Counted from the first letter of the stretch, positions 8,191 through 17,419 are shown. The stretch: DNA of 29,758 nucleotides from an uncultured Planctomycetales bacterium (GCA_964391465.1 CAYMME010000030.1:1-29758), one strand, 5' to 3'. Numbers and translations: made by a program. Notes: generated by a model not told the origin, from the letters alone.

Positions 8191-10413
8191 ATGCACCCGG
8201 CGACAGCACGGAAGGCGGTAGAAAGAACGAGTCCTCATCGGTTGCGAAACGCACTGCTCGCGAGCCTGGCTCTGGTTCTTGTCGCGGCCTCCGTGTCGCG
8301 CGCTGCGGACGGGCAAACGGCGTACGTTTTCGCCTGCGATCGCGAGAACGATCTGTTTCGAGTAGTGTCCAAGGCAATCGGCACCGTACAGCGCTTCGAC
8401 AAGCCGTCCGATGCGGTGCGGCGAGCCCCCAACGGCGCCGGCGTGCTGGTGCTGGCCGACGAGTATCCGCAGGCGACCGCAATGGTCGAGCCGGAACTGC
8501 TCGCTCTGGCCACGACGAAGAAGCTGCGACTGTACGTCGAGTATCCGTCCGCACTCCCGGGCCTCACGTTGGGCAAGCCGGTCCCCGGGCGCGTCGAACG
8601 GGCTGTCGTCGTCTCTGATTTCTTCGGCCCGAAGGTGGCGAAGCACGACCTCATGTCGATCAACGGGCTCCACTACATACCCGTCTCGGTTGCGAAGCCT
8701 CACCTTGTCGCGGCTCGCGTGGCGGGGTTCGACACCGCGGTGTACGGCTTGCCGGACAAGACGCATCCGCTCCTGTTCGAGTTGCCGGGACGCAATGTGC
8801 TCGTGGCCACGACGAAGCTCAGCCATTTCGTCACGGGGCGCTATGCGCCACAGGGCAGGTGGAGGAACATCTGGGGGACCGTTCTCAAGTGGCTGCAACC
8901 CAAAGCCGAGCTTCCGCCGCTACGATGGAAGCCCGTCGTGTCGCCCAGCTACGGACGCAAAGAGGCACTGCCCGACGACCACGAGATGAACGCGTTCCGC
9001 CGCGGCGTCGCGTGGTTCGAGAAGGCCAGGATGGTCATCGCTCCGGAATCCGAGAGTCGCGTCCACGCAGCGGCCAACACGGGACAGATCGACGCACTCG
9101 AGGCCGACGTCCCGCTGGGCGACGGCTCACGGGGCAGTTGGGAAGCGGCACTCTCACAGATCCACCATGACGGCAGCCAAACGCTGGGCAAGGCCCAGCG
9201 CGGCGATTGCATCACCGAGACGGCCATGGCCTTCGCCTTCGGCGCGACGCTCGGACGGCAAGAGAGGCACAGCAGCGTCGCGTGCAACCTGTTGGACTAC
9301 TACCTGTTCGAGTCGGACGCGCGCAAGAAGGAACGCGGCGATCCGAACCACGGTGCGTACGGCCTGAGCGCTTGGGGCGTCAGCAGTCCGGCGCAATACG
9401 TCGCCAACTACGGTGACGACAACGCCCGCCTCATGCTGGCTACGCTCGCCACGGCCGCGCTCACCGAGAAGGACCGCTGGGACGAAGCCGTCATGATGTG
9501 CCTCCTGGGCAACCTCCGCACGACCGGCCGGCTCGGCTTTCGCACCAATCGCCTCGACATCCCCGAGCTGACGAAGAACGGCTGGCAGCCCTACTTCAAG
9601 CGAAGCCTCGTCAACTACGCCCCGCATTACGAGGCGTATCTGTGGGCGTGCTACCTGTGGGCCTACGAACAGACGGGGTATGATCTGTTCCTCAAGCGCG
9701 CCGAGACCGCACTGAAGATGACCATGGCCCAATACACGGACGGTTGGCGGTGGACCAACGGTCTGGCCCAGGAGAAGGCGCGGATTCTGTTGCCGCTGGC
9801 GTGGCTGGTGCGCGTCCGGGACACGCCGGAGAACCGGGCCATGCTGGACAAGGTCGTGGATGGGCTGCTGGCTTTGCAGGATCCGTGCGGTGCGATTCGC
9901 GAGGAGCTGGGTTTGCCCGAGAAGGGCAAGTACCCGCCGCCGCGTACGAACGCCGAGTACGCAACGAACGAAGCGTCGCTCATTGCCAGGAACGGCGATC
10001 CGGTGGCCGACTTGCTCTACACGACCAATTTCGCGTTCCTTGGTTTGCATGAGGCCGCGGCGGCAACCGGCGACGAGAGAATCATCCGGGCGGAAGACAA
10101 GCTGACCGAGTTCCTCTGCCGCATTCAAACTCGAAGCGAAGCGGCCCCGTCGCTCGACGGCGGTTGGCTTCGCGCGTTCGATTTCAGGCGCTGGGAACAC
10201 TGGGGCTCGAACGCCGACGTCGGCTGGGGCGCCTGGTGCATCGAGAGCGGCTGGACCCAAGCCTGGATTACCTCCGTACTGGCGATGCGACAAAAGGGTA
10301 CTTCGCTCTGGGACTTGACCAAGGAGAGCCGCATCGAGCGGCACTTCGACAAGCTGCGTAAGCGGATGCTGCCCGATTCGGTCCTCGAGAAGCTGGGTGA
10401 CGAAGCCGGTTGA
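8191..10413 (+). CDS. Secreted hypothetical protein; the C-terminal half is helix-rich and resembles an (alpha/alpha)6 glycoside-hydrolase-like toroid, but no family could be assigned
   Basis: The track ORF 7771..10413 overlaps the 5' end of the upstream minus-strand gene. The internal ATG at 8191 (or TTG at 8242) gives MHPATARKAVERTSPHRLRNALLASLALVLVAASVSRAADG, a clear signal peptide. The body is rich in W/Y/aromatics (YLWACYLWAYEQTGYD, GWGAWCIESGWTQAW), as in sugar-binding enzymes. It is collinear with the epimerase and sugar porter downstream. Confidence 0.65.
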   Translation: MHPATARKAVERTSPHRLRNALLASLALVLVAASVSRAADGQTAYVFACDRENDLFRVVSKAIGTVQRFDKPSDAVRRAPNGAGVLVLADEYPQATAMVEPELLALATTKKLRLYVEYPSALPGLTLGKPVPGRVERAVVVSDFFGPKVAKHDLMSINGLHYIPVSVAKPHLVAARVAGFDTAVYGLPDKTHPLLFELPGRNVLVATTKLSHFVTGRYAPQGRWRNIWGTVLKWLQPKAELPPLRWKPVVSPSYGRKEALPDDHEMNAFRRGVAWFEKARMVIAPESESRVHAAANTGQIDALEADVPLGDGSRGSWEAALSQIHHDGSQTLGKAQRGDCITETAMAFAFGATLGRQERHSSVACNLLDYYLFESDARKKERGDPNHGAYGLSAWGVSSPAQYVANYGDDNARLMLATLATAALTEKDRWDEAVMMCLLGNLRTTGRLGFRTNRLDIPELTKNGWQPYFKRSLVNYAPHYEAYLWACYLWAYEQTGYDLFLKRAETALKMTMAQYTDGWRWTNGLAQEKARILLPLAWLVRVRDTPENRAMLDKVVDGLLALQDPCGAIREELGLPEKGKYPPPRTNAEYATNEASLIARNGDPVADLLYTTNFAFLGLHEAAAATGDERIIRAEDKLTEFLCRIQTRSEAAPSLDGGWLRAFDFRRWEHWGSNADVGWGAWCIESGWTQAWITSVLAMRQKGTSLWDLTKESRIERHFDKLRKRMLPDSVLEKLGDEAG

Positions 10414-10458
10414 CCGCATGGTCGTCGATCGAGTTGTTCGTGACGAAAGGCAACAGTC

Positions 10459-11685
10459 ATGGCGAAGAACCCTCCCACCAATCCGTCCGGTGCTGCGAAC
10501 GGCGCGCCGCCGTTCCACATTCCTGCGGATCGCGCCGCGGCGCTGCGCGAGCACTACCGGACCGCAATGTTCGACGACCTCGTGCCGTGGTGGCTGAAGC
10601 ATTCACTGGACCCCGAGCACGGCGGGTATCGAACGCGGCTGGAGCGCGACGGCACGCCCTACGCCACCGACAAGGACATGTGGATGACCGGCCGCCAGTT
10701 GTGGATGTTCAGCCACCTGTACAACCAGCACGAACCTCGCCCCGAGTGGCTCGACGCGGCCCGGCTCGGGGCCGAGTTCATGCTGCGGCACGCGTTCAAG
10801 CCGGACGGCAAGATGTACTTCCGCCTGACGCCCGACGGCGCCCCGATGTCCGAAGTGCTCAGCAAGTACACCGAGGTGTTCGGGGCGATCGGGCTGGCCG
10901 AGTATAGCAAAGCCGCCGGTGACAACGCCGTTTGGGAACGGGCCATGCAGGTCCACGACAACCTGATGCCGAAGCTCGGTCGCCCCGAGGACACGCCGCT
11001 CATGGGCTATCCGATCAACGCTACGTTCCACCTGCACGCCGACGACATGTGCCGGATCACCGTTGCGTGGGTGTTCGACGATGTCCGTCCCGACCCGCGG
11101 TTCGAGGAGGCCTTGACGTTGTCGGCCGATTCCATCGTGCAGCGGCACTGGAAGCCGCAGCGCAAGGCGCTGCTGGAGAACGTGGCGATGGACGGCTCCG
11201 AGATGCTCGATCTCTTCGAAGGTCGCATGTTCCATCCCGGCCACGCCATCGAAAGCGCGTGGATGCTGATGGAAATCGCCCGCCGGCGCGGCGACGACGC
11301 GCTGATGCAGACGGCCATCGACATCGCGCTCGCATCGCTCGAACACGGATGGGACACGGAGTACGGCGGCATACTCTACATCACCAACATCGATCGGACG
11401 CCCGTCCACAACATCGAGGCGGACTGCAAGCTCTGGTGGCCGCACAGTGAGGCACTGTACGCGACGCTCATGGGATGGGCGCACACGGGACGCGACGACC
11501 TGCGGCAGTGGTACGAGAGAGTGCACGACTACACGTTCAGCCACTTCCCCGATCCCGAGTACGGCGAGTGGATCGGGTATCTCAACCGGGACGGCTCGCC
11601 GATCTGGACCGCCAAAGCCAACGGCTGGAAGGGCTGCTTCCACCTGCCGCGCGTTCTGTTTCGCTGCTATCAACTGCTGGGGTAA
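10459..11685 (+). CDS. N-acylglucosamine 2-epimerase (AGE) superfamily enzyme (cellobiose 2-epimerase / mannose or sulfoquinovose isomerase-like)
   Basis: 408-aa ORF with ATG start after AAAGG. (alpha/alpha)6 AGE-family signatures are present: WMFSHLYNQ, HPGHAIESAWMLMEIA, LWWPHSEALYA, GWKGCFHLPR. Confidence 0.85.
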   Translation: MAKNPPTNPSGAANGAPPFHIPADRAAALREHYRTAMFDDLVPWWLKHSLDPEHGGYRTRLERDGTPYATDKDMWMTGRQLWMFSHLYNQHEPRPEWLDAARLGAEFMLRHAFKPDGKMYFRLTPDGAPMSEVLSKYTEVFGAIGLAEYSKAAGDNAVWERAMQVHDNLMPKLGRPEDTPLMGYPINATFHLHADDMCRITVAWVFDDVRPDPRFEEALTLSADSIVQRHWKPQRKALLENVAMDGSEMLDLFEGRMFHPGHAIESAWMLMEIARRRGDDALMQTAIDIALASLEHGWDTEYGGILYITNIDRTPVHNIEADCKLWWPHSEALYATLMGWAHTGRDDLRQWYERVHDYTFSHFPDPEYGEWIGYLNRDGSPIWTAKANGWKGCFHLPRVLFRCYQLLG

Positions 11686-11688
11686 CTC

Positions 11689-13125
11689 GTGAGCACACCC
11701 ACCGACACGACTCCTGAAAACGGTCTGCGAGAAGCTGTGCCCGAGAAGGGCAGCGCCCTCTACCTTGCGGGCGTGTGCCTGGTGGCCTCGCTGGGCGGAC
11801 TGCTGTTCGGCTTCGACACGGCGGTGATCTCCGGGACGGTCGACTTCGTCCGGCAACAGTTCGAGCTCACTGAGCTACAGGTCGGCACGTTCGGCGGTTC
11901 GGCGCTGTACGGCTGCATCGTCGGGGCCGTGATCGCGGGTGCGCTCGGTGACCGGTTCGGGCGCAAGCCGATTCTGATCATCTCGGCGTTCCTCTTCTTC
12001 GCTTCCGCCCTGCTCTCCACGATCCCGCCGAGCTTCCCCGTGCTGATCCCCGCCCGAATCATCGGCGGGGTGGGTGTGGGCATGGCGTCGGTACTGGCCC
12101 CGATGTACATTTCCGAGTTCGCGCCGCCGCGCCTTCGCGGACGGCTCGTCGCGACGTATCAACTGTCCATCGTGATCGGCATTCTGGTCGCGTACTTCTC
12201 GAACTGGTTGCTGCTGGGTTTCTCGGAACGAAACGCGGAAGCATTCGGCGGCGAGGGCATACTGCACTGGACCATGGTCTCCGAAGTGTGGCGCGGCATG
12301 TTCGGGGCCGAGATGATTCCGGCGGTTCTCTTCTTCCTGCTTCTGTTTCTCGTTCCGGAAAGCCCACGCTGGCTGATCAAGGCCGGTCGGGATCAGCGCG
12401 GCCACGAGATTCTAGCTCGGATCGGCGGCGCGGAGATCGCCCAACGCCAAGTGACCGAGATCAAGGACGCCCTGGCCCACGAGGAGGGATCGATCCGCGA
12501 ACTGTTCAGGCCGGGGCTGCGCGTCGCGCTGTTGGTGGGCGTGGGGCTGTCGTTCTTCGGGCAACTGACCGGCGTGAACGTCGCGATCTACTACGGGCCC
12601 GAAATTCTCAAGGCGGCCGGTTTCGAACTCGGCGAACGACTGCAATTCCAGGTGGCCTTCGGCGTCATCAACCTGGTCTTCACCATCGTCGCCTTGTGCT
12701 TCATCGACCGGTGGGGCCGGCGTCCGCTGCTGATCGGCGGCATGAGCGCGGTTGTGGTGTCGCTCGTGACCATCGCCTGCCTGTTTCGCGTGGAGGCGAA
12801 TGTCGGCGTTTGGATCGCCGCCGCGATCGGTGTCTACCTTGGCTGCCTGGCGCTGTCGATCAACGCTGTGATCTGGGTGCTCTCGCCGGAGATCTTCCCC
12901 AACCGGGTCCGCGGCCGGGCCATGTCCATCGCGACCCTCACCAACTGGGGCACCAATGCCGCCACGGCCTCCCTGTTCCTGTGGTACGTGGGCCGGTTCG
13001 GCATGGACAAGGGCTTCTTCACCTTCGCCACCATCTGCCTGGTGGCCACGGTCTTCTTCTGGAAGCTGGTACCCGAAACGAAGGGTAAGACGCTGGAGGA
13101 GATCGAGAGAACATGGACGGGCTAG
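11689..13125 (+). CDS. MFS sugar porter (sugar:H+ symporter family)
   Basis: GTG start lies 3 nt after the epimerase stop, so the genes are co-transcribed. Canonical sugar-porter motifs are present: GGLLFGFDTAVISG, GDRFGRKP, PESPRWL, PETKGKTLEEIE. There are about 12 predicted TM segments. Confidence 0.9.
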   Translation: MSTPTDTTPENGLREAVPEKGSALYLAGVCLVASLGGLLFGFDTAVISGTVDFVRQQFELTELQVGTFGGSALYGCIVGAVIAGALGDRFGRKPILIISAFLFFASALLSTIPPSFPVLIPARIIGGVGVGMASVLAPMYISEFAPPRLRGRLVATYQLSIVIGILVAYFSNWLLLGFSERNAEAFGGEGILHWTMVSEVWRGMFGAEMIPAVLFFLLLFLVPESPRWLIKAGRDQRGHEILARIGGAEIAQRQVTEIKDALAHEEGSIRELFRPGLRVALLVGVGLSFFGQLTGVNVAIYYGPEILKAAGFELGERLQFQVAFGVINLVFTIVALCFIDRWGRRPLLIGGMSAVVVSLVTIACLFRVEANVGVWIAAAIGVYLGCLALSINAVIWVLSPEIFPNRVRGRAMSIATLTNWGTNAATASLFLWYVGRFGMDKGFFTFATICLVATVFFWKLVPETKGKTLEEIERTWTG

Positions 13126-13312
13126 TACCCCGTCAACCTTGCGTCTGCCGATTGCGGAGCCCGTGACTCCTGCCGTGGCGGACGCGATTCGGCGACGGAG
13201 AATGTGCTCTCCACGTCTGAGGAAGCGGGCCGCCCATCTCAACGCCCGCCGCTCGCTCGCGGGCGCGGTTCGGATCGGATACGACCTACCGATGTCGAGA
13301 CACAACACCAGG

Positions 13313-14605
13313 CTACAGGAGTTCAGCTTCGATCAGGTCGTCGTATGTTTCGCGGCGACGAACGACACGGAACTCGCCACCCTCGACGAGCACCTCGGGC
13401 GGACGGGGACGTGAGTTGTACTGGCTGGCCATGACGAACCCGTAGGCACCGGTGGTGAAGACGGCCAGCAGGTCGCCGCGCTGGATTTCGGGCAGGGGGC
13501 GGTCCTGAGCGAACACATCCCCGGTCTCGCAGATCGGCCCGACCACATCCACGGGCCTCGTGCCGGGCGTGGTGTCGGACGCATCGCGCGTCTCGGGCAC
13601 CAGCCCGTCGGCCGGCCGCACCGGCCAGATGAAGTGGTAGGCCTCGTACAGCGTCGGCCGCAGCAGATCGTTCATGCCCGCGTCGACGATGGCGAACGTC
13701 TTGCTCCCGCCGTGTTTGACGTACTGGGTCTCGGCCACGAGGATCCCCGCGTTCGCCGAGATCGATCGGCCGGGCTCGAGAATCACCTGCAAGTCGCGCC
13801 CGCGGAGCAGCGGCACGATACCCTCGGCGTAGCGGATCGCCGGCGGGGCCTCGTCGGTGCGGTAGTGCGCCCCGAAACCGCCCCCGATGTCCAGCACCTC
13901 GACGGCAAAGCCCGCCTCACGCAACTCGTCGATCAGCGCCAGGCCCTTGGTGATCGCCTCGATGTACGGCTCCACCGCATTGACCGGCGATCCGATATGC
14001 AAGTGAATGCCGCACAGCCGCACGTCGTCGTCCCGGCCGTAGTCGTCGAAGAACCGCCGGGCCCGCTCCAGGTCGACGCCGAACTTCGTCTCTTTCTTGC
14101 CCGTCGTCGTGTAGCGATGCGTCTTCGGATCCACGTCCGGGTTCACGCGCAACGCCGCCCGTGTGGGCGTACCCCTTTCTCCGGCAATGCGAATGAGGGT
14201 CCGCATCTCCGCTTCCGACTCGACGTTGAACAGCCCGATCCCCGCGTCGAGGCCCTCGTTGATCTCCGCATCGCTCTTGCCCACACCCGCGAACACGATC
14301 TTGGCCGGATCGGCCCCGGCCTGAACGGCCCGGTACAGTTCGCCGCCGGAAACCACGTCGAAACCCGCACCCAACTCGGCGAGCAGCCGGCAGATCGACA
14401 GATTCTGGCAGCTCTTGATCGAGTAGCAGATGATCGGTGACAGCTCGGCGAACGCCTCGGCCGTCCGGTGGCAGTGGCCCTCGAGCGTCGCGCGCGAGTA
14501 GATGTACGCGGGGGTCCCCGTCGCCTTCGCGATCCGGGCCACCGGCACCTCTTCGCAGTACAACTCCCCGTCGACGTAGTTGAAGCTGTCCATGCTGGTC
14601 ACCAT
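13313..14605 (-). CDS. lysA: Diaminopimelate decarboxylase (PLP-dependent, Orn/DAP/Arg decarboxylase fold III)
   Basis: The internal ATG (MVTSMDSFNYVDGELY...) of track ORF 13313..14725 has GAAGGG 8 nt upstream. LysA hallmarks are present: the PLP-lysine region CYSIKSC, HIGS, the EPGRSI motif, and the C-terminal GAYG. Confidence 0.9.
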   Translation of the reverse strand: MVTSMDSFNYVDGELYCEEVPVARIAKATGTPAYIYSRATLEGHCHRTAEAFAELSPIICYSIKSCQNLSICRLLAELGAGFDVVSGGELYRAVQAGADPAKIVFAGVGKSDAEINEGLDAGIGLFNVESEAEMRTLIRIAGERGTPTRAALRVNPDVDPKTHRYTTTGKKETKFGVDLERARRFFDDYGRDDDVRLCGIHLHIGSPVNAVEPYIEAITKGLALIDELREAGFAVEVLDIGGGFGAHYRTDEAPPAIRYAEGIVPLLRGRDLQVILEPGRSISANAGILVAETQYVKHGGSKTFAIVDAGMNDLLRPTLYEAYHFIWPVRPADGLVPETRDASDTTPGTRPVDVVGPICETGDVFAQDRPLPEIQRGDLLAVFTTGAYGFVMASQYNSRPRPPEVLVEGGEFRVVRRRETYDDLIEAELL

Positions 14606-14702
14606 ATGCGAGCCCTTCGGGCCGGGCAAGCGCTCGCATTCGGCCCGACAATCCGGTAGCATAACGATGCCGTTCGTATCGGGTCTATCCGGATAGCAGA
14701 CG

Positions 14703-15215
14703 ATGTCCCGGCCGCAACCAGGCATCTCGCTGAGTCAGACTGACACGGCTCTCTTCGTGCGAATCGACGGACCGGCCACGATGACGCTGGGACCCGCCTT
14801 CACCGCCGTATGCGACCACTGCCGCGAAGAGTTCAACCGGCCGATGCTGGTCGACCTGTCCGCGTGCGAGCGCATCGACTCCACGTTCGCCGGCTGCCTC
14901 GTCAGCCAGTGGCGTAAGGCGCGAGAGAGCGGCGGGAGCGGATTCGCCCTTGTCCACCCCAGCCCCAAGTGCATCGAGGCACTCGCCCAGATGAGCCTCG
15001 ACCGTTTGCTCACGATCGAAGCAATCCTCCCCCCCGGGCCGGAGGCATTCACCCCCGTGGCCGACGAGACGTTCAGCGCAGAGCGGGTCGTCGAGACGGT
15101 AATCGAAGCCCACGAGCAGCTCGCCGGGGTCAGCGAGGCCAATGCGCGGGTCTTCGGCCCCATCGCCGCCGCCTTCAAGACCGACCTCGAGCGAAAACGC
15201 CAGGGCGACGCGTAG
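14703..15215 (+). CDS. STAS-domain protein (anti-sigma-factor antagonist / SpoIIAA-like)
   Basis: The 170-aa ORF is divergent from lysA. The STAS-like core is FVRIDGPATMTLGPAF...MLVDLSACERIDSTFAGCLVSQWRKA...FALVHPSPKCIEAL. No partner kinase or anti-sigma factor is adjacent. Confidence 0.6.
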   Translation: MSRPQPGISLSQTDTALFVRIDGPATMTLGPAFTAVCDHCREEFNRPMLVDLSACERIDSTFAGCLVSQWRKARESGGSGFALVHPSPKCIEALAQMSLDRLLTIEAILPPGPEAFTPVADETFSAERVVETVIEAHEQLAGVSEANARVFGPIAAAFKTDLERKRQGDA

Positions 15216-15240
15216 CGCCAGAGCGACGCACAGCGTCGCG

Positions 15241-15319
15241 GGGAACAGGGAACGGGGATCGGGGAACGGAATGGAAGGCACGCTCTGCACCTGTTCCCCA
15301 ATCCCCGATCCCAGTTCCC
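15241..15319. repeat. Heptamer-periodic inverted-repeat element E2: gggaacagggaacggggatcggggaacgg, 21-nt spacer, ctgttccccaatccccgatcccagttccc
   Basis: The arms are visible by eye and about 85% complementary. The left arm is a canonical G3-4 N3-4 x4 G-quadruplex motif. It lies immediately 3' of the STAS gene stop, after a small gcgacgc-aca-gcgtcgc hairpin. Confidence 0.75.
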
Positions 15320-15394
15320 TTCCTCTTGACGTTCCCACCAGACGCCGGTAAATAACGCACCGTCCGAAGGGTGACTTCGAGGACGAACGGGGAG

Positions 15395-15844
15395 ATGCGA
15401 CGCAGACGATTTCGGCCAATTCGGGTTGTGGCGGTCCTGTCCGGTGCCCTGGTGCTGAGCGGGGCGGGCTTGGCCGTGGCTCCGAAGAAGGAGCAGCCGG
15501 CCCCGAAGACCATCCGGCTCATCGTGGATTACGGTGACGGGGTCGAGAAGCACTTCACCGCCATCGCCCACAAGAAGGAGATGACCGTCCTCGACGCACT
15601 GAACGCGGCCAAGGCGAGCCCGCATGGAATCACATTTGACAGCAAGGGCCGCGGACAATACACCCTTGTAACGAAGATCGATGATCTGAAGAACGCCGGC
15701 GGGGGCCAGGGACAGAGGAACTGGCTCTGCTGGGTCAACGACAAGCCGCTTGAGAAGAGTATTGCCATCACCGAGCTGAAACTGGACGATGTCGTCCGGT
15801 GGAAGTTCGCTTTGTTTGATGAATTGACCAGGAAGAAGAAGTAA
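15395..15844 (+). CDS. Secreted DUF4430-domain protein (transcobalamin / intrinsic-factor beta-domain-like; putative cobalamin-binding)
   Basis: ATG at 15395 is immediately preceded by GGGGAG, which is oddly close; the alternative is GTG at 15371. Signal peptide MRRRRFRPIRVVAVLSGALVLSGAGLAVA. The C-terminal NWLCWVNDKPLEKSIAITELKLDDVVRWKF matches the DUF4430 signature (NW-Y-VNG...L-DGD-I-W-Y) as recalled from Pfam. Confidence 0.65.
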   Translation: MRRRRFRPIRVVAVLSGALVLSGAGLAVAPKKEQPAPKTIRLIVDYGDGVEKHFTAIAHKKEMTVLDALNAAKASPHGITFDSKGRGQYTLVTKIDDLKNAGGGQGQRNWLCWVNDKPLEKSIAITELKLDDVVRWKFALFDELTRKKK

Positions 15845-15865
15845 CCGGCAAGGAGCCTCACGATC

Positions 15866-16426
15866 ATGAACAAGAATATCTACGCCATGGCCCTGTTCGC
15901 CTCGCTACTGGTGGGCCTGATCGTCGCAGTTCGACTCTATTCCGACGTGCCCAACTGCGCACCGGTGGCGGCAGTGGCCATGTTCGGCGCGTTTCTGTTC
16001 TCTCGCCGCTCGTACGCGATTGCCATCCCGCTCGTGGCCATGATCATCGCTGACAGCATGATCGGCTTCAGCCACATTGCGATTACGCTCACGGTGTACG
16101 CGGCCCTGCTGCTCTACCCCGTCGGCCTGCGTCGGTTCCTGCGGGCTCGGCCCAGTGCCCTCCGCGTGGGGACCTGTGCCGTCTCCTGCTCGCTCGTGTT
16201 CTTCCTGACCACCAACTTCGCGGTGTGGGTCGTCGGCGGCCTTTACACTCACACCGTCCAAGGTCTCGTCCAGTGCTACACGATGGCCCTGCCGTTCCTC
16301 CGCCCGACGCTCGTCGGCGACCTGGCTTGGTCGGCGATGCTGTTCGGCGGATACGCCCTCGTGACCAGTCTTCGCGGGATGCCCCTGACGGCGCCCCGCC
16401 CCGCGCGAGCCGAGCTGACCGCGTAG
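15866..16426 (+). CDS. Small polytopic membrane protein (about 5-6 TM), ECF-S-component / BtuM-like by size and context
   Basis: ATG lies 21 nt after the DUF4430 stop, with AAGGAG upstream, so the two form an operon. The 186-aa protein is very hydrophobic with a conserved-looking Cys in TM1 (VPNCAPVAAVAMFGAF). Family assignment is an inference. Confidence 0.7.
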   Translation: MNKNIYAMALFASLLVGLIVAVRLYSDVPNCAPVAAVAMFGAFLFSRRSYAIAIPLVAMIIADSMIGFSHIAITLTVYAALLLYPVGLRRFLRARPSALRVGTCAVSCSLVFFLTTNFAVWVVGGLYTHTVQGLVQCYTMALPFLRPTLVGDLAWSAMLFGGYALVTSLRGMPLTAPRPARAELTA

Positions 16427-16442
16427 CCGGGAAGCATCCCGG
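16427..16442 (+). terminator. Short hairpin ccggga-agca-tcccgg immediately after the membrane-protein stop
   Basis: 6-bp stem with 4-nt loop, 1 nt after TAG. There is no U-tract. Confidence 0.25.
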
Positions 16443-16648
16443 CCCATTGGGGACGACGGTCTAGCTGCACTCGAACGCCAGAATCAGCCGATAACTCGGC
16501 ATAATGGCCCTCCCGGCGGACTCGACGGCGGGGTAGCTGTTGTGTGCGCACGGGTTTGTCTTGGCGATTCGGGGTGCCTACAATTCTCAAGTCCCGTCCA
16601 ATCATCACGCAGGAGGGGCGATTGCAGGCCTTTGGGGGGAGGTCCATC

Positions 16649-17419
16649 ATGATCGAGCAACTGATCCGTACGTACACGGCCGGGGAAACCGTCTACGCAG
16701 AGGGCGACCGCGGCCGTGAGGCCTTCTACGTTCTCGACGGAAGGCTCATGGTCAACCAGGCGTCATCCGGCAATCCCGAGGTGGTGGGTTCTCACGAAAC
16801 CGGTGATCTGTTTGGTGTGGGCGGCCTACTGTCCGGCCAGGCGCGATCCGCCACCATCACTTGCGATACCGACGTGCGTCTCGAGGTGTTCGATGCCAAC
16901 CGCATTGCCGAACTCCTTCGATCCGAACCGGACCGTATCGGACCGGTTGTCGCCTCGATGTTTGATCGCATGGGTCGATCGCGCATGAACCCAACCCCGG
17001 CCCCGACCGCACTGGCCGAGGCCGGCAACGAGACACAGAGTGATTCCGGTAACCGGCTCGTGATCACCCCACTGACGCCGCGGGCTCGGGCCGCCCTCGG
17101 CGCCGACCAGACGATCATCTCCACCTTCCCGTGCACCATCGGACGTAACGACGACCCCAACGCCTCGCATTCGATGACCAACGGCAAGCTCGTGCTCCAG
17201 GACGACAAGCCGTTCTTCATCTCGCGCGACCATGTCGTGGTCGAGAGCACCGACAGCGGCCTTGTCATCTTCGATCGCACCAGCAGTCTGGGCACCATCG
17301 TTGACGGTAAGGCCATCGGCCGAAAAGCCGACAAGGATTCCGCGAAGCTCAAACGGCCCAAGAGCCACGTCATCCTCGGCGGAGCGCACAGCCCCTACGA
17401 ATTCGAGTTCCGCTCGTAG
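16649..17419 (+). CDS. Cyclic-nucleotide-binding (CAP-effector-like) domain + FHA domain fusion protein
   Basis: The internal ATG of track ORF 16544..17419 has GGAGG 6 nt upstream. The N-terminal cNMP-binding fold is YAEGDRGREAFYVLDGRL...GDLFGVGGLL...ATITCDTDVRLEVF. The C-terminal FHA is FPCTIGRNDD...FISRDHVVVE...IFDRTSSLGTIVDGKAI. Confidence 0.75.
   Translation: MIEQLIRTYTAGETVYAEGDRGREAFYVLDGRLMVNQASSGNPEVVGSHETGDLFGVGGLLSGQARSATITCDTDVRLEVFDANRIAELLRSEPDRIGPVVASMFDRMGRSRMNPTPAPTALAEAGNETQSDSGNRLVITPLTPRARAALGADQTIISTFPCTIGRNDDPNASHSMTNGKLVLQDDKPFFISRDHVVVESTDSGLVIFDRTSSLGTIVDGKAIGRKADKDSAKLKRPKSHVILGGAHSPYEFEFRS

Noticed and set aside
9154-11856. Long minus-strand ORFs 9154..10602 and 10603..11856
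   Set aside because: They lie antisense to the secreted hypothetical protein and the AGE epimerase. They have no domain signatures and are typical high-GC artefacts.
13126-13312. Intergenic region between the MFS porter and lysA as a structured RNA
   Set aside because: It has only scattered short GC palindromes (gcgggc...gcccgc) without a dominant stem. This is consistent with ordinary convergent-terminator sequence in a GC-rich genome.
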